From an uncultured Dehalococcoidia bacterium (lineage in GTDB: Bacteria; Chloroflexota; Dehalococcoidia; Lucifugimonadales; UBA3495): a stretch of DNA of 31,342 nt. Shown here piece by piece: positions 8,790 to 17,416 of the stretch (the first letter of the stretch is position 1; every line of letters starts with the position of its first letter). A program made the translations under genes and the position numbers. The stretch is from the NCBI GenBank assembly GCA_950072105.1, contig CATMOE010000044.1:1-31342 (forward strand), in the 5' to 3' direction. The notes beneath the pieces are model-generated. The model was not told where the DNA came from. It saw only the letters and a program-made list of their open reading frames with translations, and did not search any database.

Positions 8790-10562
8790 TTACAAGCTCA
8801 TTTCCTCCACCAGAGTGGGTAGCATAATCGCTAGGACCGCGGGAGTGCCGTCGCGGACGTGCTCCAACCCCCGGCGCATCGCCGGGCCTACGTCCTCGGG
8901 TTCAGTGACCGTTTCGCCGTAGCTATTGGCGGATTCGGCCATCTTGGCAAAGTCCGGCGGTGGATCGAAAAGGCCGCCGTCGTAGTTGCCGGCGCTGACC
9001 GCCGACCCATCCGGGTAGGTGCCGATAAGACCGCGGGTGCCGGTGCTGTATGAGCGATTAACGAAGACGATGGACAGGAAAGGGGCGCCATGGTGCGCCG
9101 CGGCCCAAAGGGCGGCCATCGGCGTGCCAAACATGAAATAGCCGTCGCCCGTGGCCAGGATAACGTCGCTTTGGGGCCGGGCCAATTTAGCCCCAAAGGC
9201 CGCGCCGCTGCCCCAACCGCCGCTGCTGCCGCCGCTCTTGAAGTAAGTGCTGGGCTGAGTTCGGCCACGGTAGGTCTGAACCAAGGGAGCGCTGCTCAGG
9301 GCGTCGTCCAGCAAGATGGTATCCGGCTCCAGGATCTGCCCGAGTTGGTAGGCCACCCAACGGGGGTGGATGGGGCGGCGTTGACCGGCCTTAAGCGCCG
9401 CTTCCTCGGCGGCGGCTACCTGCTCGCGTTTTCGTTCCTCCAGTCGTGCCCGCCGGTCAGCGATACGGGAGATATCGCCGGCGGTTAGCAAGCTGGTAGC
9501 TGCCTCGTAGATCGCCTGGGCAGCCCCAGCCGTCGAAACTGGCAGCCACAGGTCGGCGCGGTGCTCCATGGTCTTATACCGGGAAAATACCGGGTCCACG
9601 TCCACCCAAATGACTTTGGCGCTGGACTGGGGCGAGTCGATCCCAGGGCTGTAGGGTATGGGCGACTCCATGACCAGCAAGGCATCGGCATCCCTGGGAG
9701 CCGGGCCGGTCCCGAACAGCGGATGGGTCGTGGGAAAGTTGAGGCGGTCGGTGTGGCCCTCGGCAACCGGCAAGGCCAGCAGTTCCGCCAGCCGTACGAC
9801 ATGCTCCACCGACTCAGGGTTGCGCCCGGACTTGGCCAGGCACAACAGCGGATTGTCGGCTTTGATCAGCCACTCCGCGGCCCGGCGGGCGTCGGCGGGG
9901 TCGGGCCAGGCCGGGCGCGCCAACCCCATCTCGTCGCGAGTGGGGAAGCGGGTGACGCCGGGCAGGCGTTGCATGGCGGTCTCTCGAGGCACCGTAAGGT
10001 AAACCGGGCCCTTGGGCTCACTCATGGCTACCTGGAGCAAGCGGCTAATCATCATGCCAGGGTTATCCTGATGCTCCAGCCGGTGGTCTACCTTGGTGTA
10101 TTGTCGCACGATCTCGCCTTGGTCCCGGGGCTCCTGTACCCATTGGACCGGGCTATCTCTTCCCCCCGTCATGGAGCCGGGAAATCCCCGAGGACCGGTT
10201 CCAGCGGTCATGAGCACTGGATAAGAGCCCCGCCAGACGGTGTGGATGGCGGCGCCGAAGTTCAGAGTTCCCACGTCCACGTGGACGGCGGTGGCCGAGG
10301 GTTTGCCTGACACCATGGCGTCGCCCGCGGCGGCGTTAAGGGCGACGCCTTCGTGGGTTACCGTAACCAGGCGAGGGGCCGGCCATTCCCGCTCCTTGGC
10401 CTTGGCTATAGACTCTTGCCAGAAAGCGATCTCCGAGCCGGAAACGAAGAAGAGGTTGTCCACCCCGCCCAGCTTCATGGAGGCTATCATGGCGTCGGAC
10501 CACTCGTCGGCCCCATATTGGCCCCAGCTTGCCTCGTAATTTCCAAGATTTGTTTGAGTCAT
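8790..10562 (-). CDS. Thiamine diphosphate-dependent enzyme (acetolactate synthase/benzoylformate decarboxylase superfamily)
   Basis: Conserved HE Glu (THEGVA), PKGPVYL and ThDP-binding GDG...N (TGDGYFMFG...FVNRSY). Confidence 0.9.
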   Translation of the reverse strand: MTQTNLGNYEASWGQYGADEWSDAMIASMKLGGVDNLFFVSGSEIAFWQESIAKAKEREWPAPRLVTVTHEGVALNAAAGDAMVSGKPSATAVHVDVGTLNFGAAIHTVWRGSYPVLMTAGTGPRGFPGSMTGGRDSPVQWVQEPRDQGEIVRQYTKVDHRLEHQDNPGMMISRLLQVAMSEPKGPVYLTVPRETAMQRLPGVTRFPTRDEMGLARPAWPDPADARRAAEWLIKADNPLLCLAKSGRNPESVEHVVRLAELLALPVAEGHTDRLNFPTTHPLFGTGPAPRDADALLVMESPIPYSPGIDSPQSSAKVIWVDVDPVFSRYKTMEHRADLWLPVSTAGAAQAIYEAATSLLTAGDISRIADRRARLEERKREQVAAAEEAALKAGQRRPIHPRWVAYQLGQILEPDTILLDDALSSAPLVQTYRGRTQPSTYFKSGGSSGGWGSGAAFGAKLARPQSDVILATGDGYFMFGTPMAALWAAAHHGAPFLSIVFVNRSYSTGTRGLIGTYPDGSAVSAGNYDGGLFDPPPDFAKMAESANSYGETVTEPEDVGPAMRRGLEHVRDGTPAVLAIMLPTLVEEMSL

Positions 10563-10577
10563 AGGTCCTCCGCTTTC

Positions 10578-11564
10578 TTAAATATTAACCCGGGCAAGTT
10601 GGGCGTCGTTCAGCCGCAAACCGGCGGCGGCGCCCATGGGCATGATCTTGTCCAGGCGTGCGAGGTCGTCCTTGGTTAGCTGTATGTCGATGGCTTTGAC
10701 GTTCTCCTCCAGGTGCTTGCGGCTCTTGGCCCCTGGAATCGGGATGATGTCGTTGCCTTGAGCCATCAGCCACGCCAGGGCCAATTGGGCCAGGGTGGCG
10801 GACTTCTCTTGGGCCAGGGATTCCATTCGGGCCAGGAGTTGCAGGTTCTGCTGGAAGTTTTCCGGTTGGAAGCGGGGAGAATTCAGCCTGGCGTCGCCTT
10901 CCTCGAGTTCATCAAGGGCGCGGAACTGGCCCGCCAAGAATCCACGGCCCAGGGGAGAGTAGGCCATGAACCCCATGCCGTGGTCCCGGCAAGCCTGGAT
11001 GTTGCCACTCTCGGGGTCCCTGGACCAGAGGGAGTATTCCATCTGTAGGGAGACGATGGGATGAACCTTGTTGGCCCGTTGGATCGACCCCGCGCCGGCT
11101 TCCGACAGGGAGATGTAGCGGGTCTTGCCCTGCTCGACCAACCGGACCATGGCTCCCACCGACTCCTCGATGGGCACGTTTGGGTCTACTCTGGACATGC
11201 AAAATATGTCCAGAGTCTCGATCTCGAGACGCCGTAGACTTTCTTCGCATACGCGAGTGAGGTAATCGGGAGAACTCCCACTTCGCGAACCCGAGGCATC
11301 CGGCGTTCGGGGGCTGCCGGACTTGGTGTGAACGATCACATCCTCCCGCCTGCCCTTCAGGGCGCGGGCTATTAGCTCGTGATTGTGGCCTTGTCCATAA
11401 TTAGCTGATGTGTCCAGAAAATTGATGCCCAGGTCGAAAGCCATGTGCATCGTGGCGATGGACTCGTCGTCGTCCGCTCCTTCTTTGGGCTCGGACATCC
11501 GCAAGCAACCTAGGCCCATGGGCGAAACCTGGAAATCCGTAGTCCCGAAGGTGCGGTACTCCAT
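10578..11564 (-). CDS. Aldo/keto reductase
   Basis: [37 protein letters not shown] and IPIPG motifs; GAGGAG RBS; TATAAT on the - strand at 11603-11608. Confidence 0.93.
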   Translation of the reverse strand: MEYRTFGTTDFQVSPMGLGCLRMSEPKEGADDDESIATMHMAFDLGINFLDTSANYGQGHNHELIARALKGRREDVIVHTKSGSPRTPDASGSRSGSSPDYLTRVCEESLRRLEIETLDIFCMSRVDPNVPIEESVGAMVRLVEQGKTRYISLSEAGAGSIQRANKVHPIVSLQMEYSLWSRDPESGNIQACRDHGMGFMAYSPLGRGFLAGQFRALDELEEGDARLNSPRFQPENFQQNLQLLARMESLAQEKSATLAQLALAWLMAQGNDIIPIPGAKSRKHLEENVKAIDIQLTKDDLARLDKIMPMGAAAGLRLNDAQLARVNI

Positions 11565-11780
11565 CCGGTTCTCCTCGCCGCGGGGGGCTGTGGTTCGCCC
11601 CGATTATATCGAGGTCACCACGAACGGGCTATTGTTCGTGGCATTTGGTTGCCGACGGTCTTCAGTGTACGACAAGGCCAACCGTCCCACAATTCCCGGT
11701 GTCCGCATTCAGCGATTGGGGTAAAATACGGCAGTTGGCCGCCGGGGTACGAGATACCCGGCCTACGGAGAGGTGATGCC

Positions 11781-12516
11781 ATGGCCGCTCAGAAGTATCC
11801 AAGCTATTGTTGGGGCGTCATTGCCCCGGCCAGAGGCGACGAAACCGGGGACGCCAGCCCCCAGTCGGAGTCCTTGTTGCCTCCGGAGGTGGTGACTCTA
11901 TCCAACGTCCTGGGTATCGAAGACTACACCGTTCAGGGCGTGGAAGACGCCATGAGCCGCTATGCCGATTGCGTCCAAGACCTGGTGAGCCGTGGCGCGC
12001 AGCGGGTTTCCTTGAACGGCATACCGATCTCGGTCCAGTTGGGACGCCAACGGGTGCTGGAGTTGATCGAGGATACCCAGAATACCTTGGGAGTCCCCGG
12101 TGACACGGCGGGCGAAGCCGTGGTTGCCGCCATGCATCACATGGGGGTCAGCAAGATTGCCGTGGGCAGCCGCTGGGCCGATCAAGTAAATGAAGCACTC
12201 ATACGCTATCTGGACCATGCCGGAATCGAGGTGTTGACCGTTACCAGCAGAGGCCAGTGGGCCCAGCAGGCGTTCAGCATGAGCATTGAGATGGGGGTCA
12301 AGCTGGCATTTGAGTTGGGCCGTGAGGCAAGCGCCCCAAGCCGACGCTCTGTTCCTGCCCGGCGGCGCTTGGCGGCCCCTGCCGGCGGTGCCAATTCTGG
12401 AGGAGGATTACAACAAGCCGGTGTTCACCAACGGCAACACCCGGGCCTGGCGTCTGATCCACGACGGCATCGCCCCGCCGGTTTCCGGTTGGGGCCGGCT
12501 TTTGGCGAACCCCTAA
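11781..12516 (+). pseudogene. Arylmalonate decarboxylase / maleate isomerase (Asp/Glu racemase superfamily)-like gene, frameshifted near 12318-12328
   Basis: The N-part (MAAQKYP...MGVSKIAVGSRW...ELGREA) is in the frame of ORF 11649. The natural C-part (VRQAPQADALFLPGG...ILEEDYNKPVFTN...GWGRLL) is in the frame of ORF 12286..12516. Confidence 0.8.
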
Positions 12517-12552
12517 GGGCCGTACCAAATCTTGGACAGGAAGGAAAGTACG

Positions 12553-13575
12553 ATGGCAGTGATTGACTCCGATGCCCACGTGGTGGAAACGGAACGCACA
12601 TGGGAGTTCATGGAGGACTTTGAATCCTCCTTCAAGCCCGAGGTGGTGGTCCCCAAGGCCGGGGGAGACCGTGAATACTGGATGGTGGAGGGCCGGACTT
12701 TCGCCAAGAACAGCAACATCGGGAAGGATACCCCGGACGAGGCCAGGGAGATGTCCGATATCGACTCCCGGCTCGCCCACATGGATGAATTGGGTGTCGA
12801 CGTACACGTGCTGTACCCAACCATCTTCCTCAGGCCGCTCACCCGCCGGCCCGATGCCGAGGTGGCCTTGTGCAAGAGCTATAACCGGTGGCTGGCGGAC
12901 ATCTGGCGAAAGGGCGGCGGCAGATTGCGTTGGGTCGTGCTCCCGCCGGTTATGAGCCTGGATAAAGTCATCGAGGAACTACAGTTCGGTAAGGAGAACG
13001 GCGCCTGCGGAGTCTACATGCGCTCCGCGGACGGAGACCGGCGGCTATCCGATTCCTACTACGCTCCTATGTATCAAGAGGCGGCCAAGCTGGATCTGCC
13101 CATCTGCGTCCACGCCAGCACCGGAAATTTCGGCATGTACGACCTGTTCAGTCAGGACTCCGGGTTCTCCCAGTTCAAACTGCCCGTGGTCGGGGCATTC
13201 CACGATCTGCTGATGAAAGGAACGCCTGAGAAATATCCGGATTTAAGATGGGCGTTCATCGAGGTGAGCTCCCAGTGGATACCCTATGCCCTCAATGATC
13301 TGGAACTAAGGTTCCGCAGGATCGGCAAAGAGTGGCTGGGCAAGGACACCCTCCGGGAAAACCGGATGTACGTGGCCTGCCAAACTTCCGACGACATTGC
13401 CTACGTGGTGGACAGCGTGGGAGACGAGAACATCATCATCGGCACCGATTACGGGCACAACGACACGTCTTCGGAGCTGATCGCTTTACGCAAGCTACGA
13501 GAGGACGCGAAGATCGACCCGGCCACGGTGGACAAGTTTTTGGACCGCAACGCCAAGACTCTGTACGCTTTGTAG
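12553..13575 (+). CDS. Amidohydrolase_2 family protein (ACMSD/LigW-like decarboxylase/hydratase group)
   Basis: IDSDAHVVE, YNRWLAD, PICVH and GTDYGH motifs; ATG after AGGAAGGA. Confidence 0.9.
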   Translation: MAVIDSDAHVVETERTWEFMEDFESSFKPEVVVPKAGGDREYWMVEGRTFAKNSNIGKDTPDEAREMSDIDSRLAHMDELGVDVHVLYPTIFLRPLTRRPDAEVALCKSYNRWLADIWRKGGGRLRWVVLPPVMSLDKVIEELQFGKENGACGVYMRSADGDRRLSDSYYAPMYQEAAKLDLPICVHASTGNFGMYDLFSQDSGFSQFKLPVVGAFHDLLMKGTPEKYPDLRWAFIEVSSQWIPYALNDLELRFRRIGKEWLGKDTLRENRMYVACQTSDDIAYVVDSVGDENIIIGTDYGHNDTSSELIALRKLREDAKIDPATVDKFLDRNAKTLYAL

Positions 13576-13605
13576 CCTCAGCCAGTCGTCCGAATGATGT
13601 CCCGG

Positions 13606-14814
13606 CTAGACACTGGTCATCATGGCCCGGGAAGGCATGGAGTTGCGCCAGGTTTTGACTTCCGGCGTGGGTATGGAGTTGAGCAGAGCTTGGTCCGGAC
13701 CCTCCAGTTCGAAGGGTAGATCATAAAGCTCCACCACGTTTTTCACCGTCAACTCATAGCGCTCTTCCGGCGTGCAGTCGGATAGAATTTCGCTCAGCAC
13801 TTGTTGGGAATGGGGGAAGATCGAGTCGCCGTGTGGGTAGTCGCTGCCCCACATCATGGTGCTCGTGCCGATGAAATCCCTGGTCATGATTCCCAAGGGG
13901 TCGTCCTCGAAGGTCACCCGGAAGTTGCGCTTCCAATATTCGCTGGGCAACATGGGCAGGCCGAAGACCTTCTCCCCGCCGCCTCTGATGTAGGCCCAAT
14001 CCAAACGCTTCAGCATTATCCCCACCCAGCCGGTCTCGAACTCGGTCACGACGAACCGTAAGCCCGGGAACCGTTCGCACACCCCTGACTGGATGATGTC
14101 GGCGATGGTGAACATGACCCCGGCGAAGGACAAGGCGCTGCCCGCTTGGCGGAAGGGCAGGCCGTGGTTGTCGGTAGCGCCGGTGAATATATGCCAGTGC
14201 ATGGGCATATTCATGGCCTGGGCCGCCTCCCAGAACTTGTCGTAGAACGGGTCGGAGTACAGCCGGTCCGGGGGCGCGGTGGCCGCTATCGAGACGCCAA
14301 CGTGTCCCAGCTTCTTGGACCGCTCCATCTCTTGGATGGCTTCGTCCAGATCAAAGAGCTGCAGGCTGGCCAGGGGGAACAGACGGTCCGGGGCCTGCTT
14401 GCAGTAATCGGCCACCCAGTCGTTGTACAGGGCGAAAGACGCTTTCACGATGTCCAGATTCTCGATCTGATAAAGGTTGAAGATCACGCTGGGGTAAACG
14501 ATCTCGGCGGCAAGGCCGTCCAGTTCCTGGTCGTTTAGTCTCTCCGCCACGTCGTAGCAACCCGGCCGGGCCAGCGCGTAGCCTAGCTTGCGCATCTCCA
14601 TGGCTTCCGGCGTGGTGAAGTCCACGTTCTGCATGAAAAAGCCGGATAGGCCGATGCCCAACTTCCCGTTGCGCAAGTCTAGTTGGGGACCCCGGGCTGC
14701 GTCCGCGATCACCATGCGGGGAGCGTCTTCGCCGAAAAGCTTTTCCAACGGCTCGAAGAACTCGGCTGACTCGACAACATGAGAATCCGCTGAGATACAA
14801 ATCTTCTGGCCCAT
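13606..14814 (-). CDS. Amidohydrolase_2 family protein
   Basis: ISADSHVVE, YNDWVADYC, MHWH and MWGSDYPHGDS motifs; ATG at 14814 after AAGGAG. The ORF-track N-terminal extension is a translated repeat. Confidence 0.9.
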   Translation of the reverse strand: MGQKICISADSHVVESAEFFEPLEKLFGEDAPRMVIADAARGPQLDLRNGKLGIGLSGFFMQNVDFTTPEAMEMRKLGYALARPGCYDVAERLNDQELDGLAAEIVYPSVIFNLYQIENLDIVKASFALYNDWVADYCKQAPDRLFPLASLQLFDLDEAIQEMERSKKLGHVGVSIAATAPPDRLYSDPFYDKFWEAAQAMNMPMHWHIFTGATDNHGLPFRQAGSALSFAGVMFTIADIIQSGVCERFPGLRFVVTEFETGWVGIMLKRLDWAYIRGGGEKVFGLPMLPSEYWKRNFRVTFEDDPLGIMTRDFIGTSTMMWGSDYPHGDSIFPHSQQVLSEILSDCTPEERYELTVKNVVELYDLPFELEGPDQALLNSIPTPEVKTWRNSMPSRAMMTSV

Positions 14815-14873
14815 GTGTACATCTCTCCTTGTGATTCGGTCGCCACCCGCCGCCGATTCTATCGCCGGCACTT

Positions 14874-14908
14874 CTCTCCCGCCGGGAGAGGGGACGGAGG
14901 TGAGGGGG
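14874..14908 (-). repeat. REP-like repeat (single-hairpin form)
   Basis: The minus strand reads CCCCTCACCTCCGTCCCCTCTCCC-GGC-GGGAGAG, the same architecture as the copies at 5502, 26591 and 30793. Confidence 0.7.
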
Positions 14909-14931
14909 TTCTGCCTCAAATTAGCGGTGCG

Positions 14932-14940
14932 ATTATATCA
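14932..14940 (-). promoter_or_regulatory. Extended -10 promoter element TGATATAAT
   Basis: Matches TGnTATAAT upstream of the 14814 gene; an identical 9-mer occurs at 27700-27708. Confidence 0.55.
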
Positions 14941-15025
14941 CCACCGCTCGCCCAATACGTAGACAAGCCGTCTGACGCGACGTACCATTTCCGCGTTACT
15001 GAGGCGAACCGGGGAGAAGAGACCA

Positions 15026-15790
15026 ATGGACAGGCTTAAAGACCAGGTGTTGATCGTCACCGGAGGAGCCCATGGCATCGGCCGGGCCTACTGTGAGGGG
15101 CTGGCCGGGGAAGGAGCCCGGGTTGTTGTGGCCGATATCGACGGCAATGGAGCCGATGCGGTGGCAGCAGCCCTGGGTGAAGCCGGCCACGACGCGCTGG
15201 CCGTTGCCGCCGACGTGTCTCAACCCGAGTCAACGGACAATATGGCCCAGGCGGCGATGGAGCGGTTCGGCCGCATCGACGGCCTGGTGAACAACGCCGC
15301 GATCTATCAGCGCCCCGCCGTTACCCGAGGGCCCTTCGAGGAGATTCCCCTCGATGAATGGGACCGGCTGATGGCGGTGAACCTTCGTGGGGTTTTCTTG
15401 TCCTGCCGGGCGGTGGTCCCCCATATGAAAGAACAGGGTAGCGGCAAGATCGTCAACATCAGCTCAGGAACGGTTTTCAACGGCTCGGCCCAGATGCTGC
15501 ACTACGTTACGTCCAAAGCTGGGGTGATCGGTCTTACCAGGGCCTTGGCTAGGGAACTGGGAGACTACAACATCAACGTGAACGCGGTGGCCCCCGGCCT
15601 CACCGTTAGCATGGATGAGCACGACGAGGAAAAGGAGATACGGTTCCAGACCCGCCTGCAGGCCAGGTCCCTAAAACGCCTTGAGAGTCCCCAAGACTTG
15701 GTCGGAGCCGTATTATTTCTGTGCTCTTCCGACAGCGACTTTATGACGGGGCAAACCATGGTCGTGGACGGCGGAGCGCAGATGCACTAA
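15026..15790 (+). CDS. Short-chain dehydrogenase/reductase (classical SDR)
   Basis: TGGAHGIG, VNNAA, NISS, YVTSK (YxxxK), VNAVAPG and TGQTMVVDGG motifs. Confidence 0.95.
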   Translation: MDRLKDQVLIVTGGAHGIGRAYCEGLAGEGARVVVADIDGNGADAVAAALGEAGHDALAVAADVSQPESTDNMAQAAMERFGRIDGLVNNAAIYQRPAVTRGPFEEIPLDEWDRLMAVNLRGVFLSCRAVVPHMKEQGSGKIVNISSGTVFNGSAQMLHYVTSKAGVIGLTRALARELGDYNINVNAVAPGLTVSMDEHDEEKEIRFQTRLQARSLKRLESPQDLVGAVLFLCSSDSDFMTGQTMVVDGGAQMH

Positions 15791-15816
15791 CCTTTGGCTC
15801 TGGAGTTGTTGAGAAT

Positions 15817-16878
15817 ATGGAATTCGGCCTACAGTTTTTCCCCGACGTGTCTCCTGAAGAGAAGTCCGCGCAACAGTATTGGAACGAGTCTCTAGATCTC
15901 ACCAGTCTTTGCGACGATTTGGGATATACCCACGTCCGCACTGTGGAGCACTACTTTGAGCCCTACGGCGGTTACAGTCCGGCGCCACACATATTTCTGA
16001 CCGCCGCGTCCCAGCGCACCAGCAAGGCCAGGTTGATCACCGGGGCGCTGGTGCCGGCGTTCAACCATCCTCTTAAAGTGGCTGGAGAGATCGGCATGCT
16101 GGACGCAATCTCCAATGGCCGGTTGGACTGCGGGTTTGCCAGGGCCTTCCTGCCCCACGAGTTCCAAAGGCTGGAACGTTCCATGGACGAAAGCCGGGCA
16201 CGGTTCGACGAGGGTGTGGCAGCTATCCGCCTACTTCTGGAGGAAGAAAACGTTACTTTTGAAGGACAGTTTCACCGTTTCAAGAACGTCACGTCCCTTC
16301 CCCGCCCCACCCAAAAGCCTCGGCCGCCCTTCTGGGTAGCGGCCTTGGGAACCCCCCAATCGATCTTGGCCGCGGCGTCAAATGGCTTCAATCTTATGCT
16401 TGTTCCCTTTGCTGGACCGCAAACCCGGGAGATCGCCGGCATGTACCGGGATGCCTGGAAAGAAGCGGGGCACGAAGGCCAAGGAAAGATAGCGCTGGGC
16501 TTTCATATGTTTTGCCATCAAGACCGCGAGGAGGCCCGCCGCATCGCCGAGCCCAATCTGAACCGCTACCTCCGGTCGCTGGCCGCGGCTTCGGAGAAGG
16601 ACGCGGGCTGGGGGGCGGGAGCTTCCTCCAAGGACTATCCGGGCTACGAAGCAAGCTACGAGAGGCGGCAAACGGCGACCTTCCAATCGATGGTAGATGC
16701 CGGCACGGTTTGGGTGGGCACCCCGGATGATATTAGCCAGCAGATTGCCGGGTACCGGGACCAGCTGGATGGCTTCGATATTGCCTCGATGCAAGTGAAC
16801 TTTAACCAGATAACCTACGACGAGGCCCAGGCGTCGGCGACCCTTTTCGCCCGGGAAGTTATCCCCAATTTCCAGTAA
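15817..16878 (+). CDS. LLM-class flavin-dependent oxidoreductase
   Basis: MEFGLQ start, VEHYF, LDAISNGRLDCGFAR, PRPTQKPRPPFW and VGTPD motifs. Confidence 0.9.
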   Translation: MEFGLQFFPDVSPEEKSAQQYWNESLDLTSLCDDLGYTHVRTVEHYFEPYGGYSPAPHIFLTAASQRTSKARLITGALVPAFNHPLKVAGEIGMLDAISNGRLDCGFARAFLPHEFQRLERSMDESRARFDEGVAAIRLLLEEENVTFEGQFHRFKNVTSLPRPTQKPRPPFWVAALGTPQSILAAASNGFNLMLVPFAGPQTREIAGMYRDAWKEAGHEGQGKIALGFHMFCHQDREEARRIAEPNLNRYLRSLAAASEKDAGWGAGASSKDYPGYEASYERRQTATFQSMVDAGTVWVGTPDDISQQIAGYRDQLDGFDIASMQVNFNQITYDEAQASATLFAREVIPNFQ

Positions 16879-16993
16879 TAAGCCGTGCCCGGCCCGTACA
16901 TATCTCCAAACCCCTGGGTGAATTTCCGGCCGGTATCCAGTTCCCCCAGGTCCCATCGGAATACACTACCGGTCCGTCTCCGGCGCTTCCCCC

Positions 16994-17024
16994 GCCCGAA
17001 ATAGGGGCAAACCCTATTTCGGGC
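16994..17024. other. Perfect 13-bp inverted repeat (possible terminator or operator)
   Basis: GCCCGAAATAGGG-GCAAA-CCCTATTTCGGGC, about 115 nt after the LLM stop; no clear U-tract. Confidence 0.5.
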
Positions 17025-17416
17025 CGATCTTCCCTTTGGGGTGATGGGTGTACCTCCTCTTAAGCAAATCCTCCACCGCTGGTATCTTGCTATAAACGTC
17101 TAGGCGCGGCGGGAACTTTCGCCGCCGGTTACCCGTGCCGGCAGGGAAGTCCTCCTCGATATTGGAAAGAAAAACCGTGGATATGGCCGCGCTTAAACGC
17201 TCTAAGTAAAAACCGCGGTTTTAGTATGTCCGTGGCAGCGTCCTATGCCGGGCGATGGCTTCGGCCTGAAGCGAATTCCTATCGTTCTAGAGAACGACGG
17301 GAAAGGGAGCAATTATTGACCGGTCTGAACAACATTGCCGGATGTTATTCCGTTTTCGATTGGGTTAAAGCCGCGTCTACGCTGATAGGCCGAAAGATTG
17401 GGAAGGCGCGCGAACG

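Noticed and set aside
9561..10310. Long antisense or alternate-frame ORFs (also 28623..29474, 24305..24913, 16378..16956)
   Set aside because: Shadow ORFs expected from high-GC codon bias opposite well-supported genes; no recognisable motifs.
17000..17030. c-di-GMP-I riboswitch (GGCAAACC)
   Set aside because: The motif is just the loop of a simple hairpin; I see no GAAA tetraloop/receptor or second stem in the expected arrangement.
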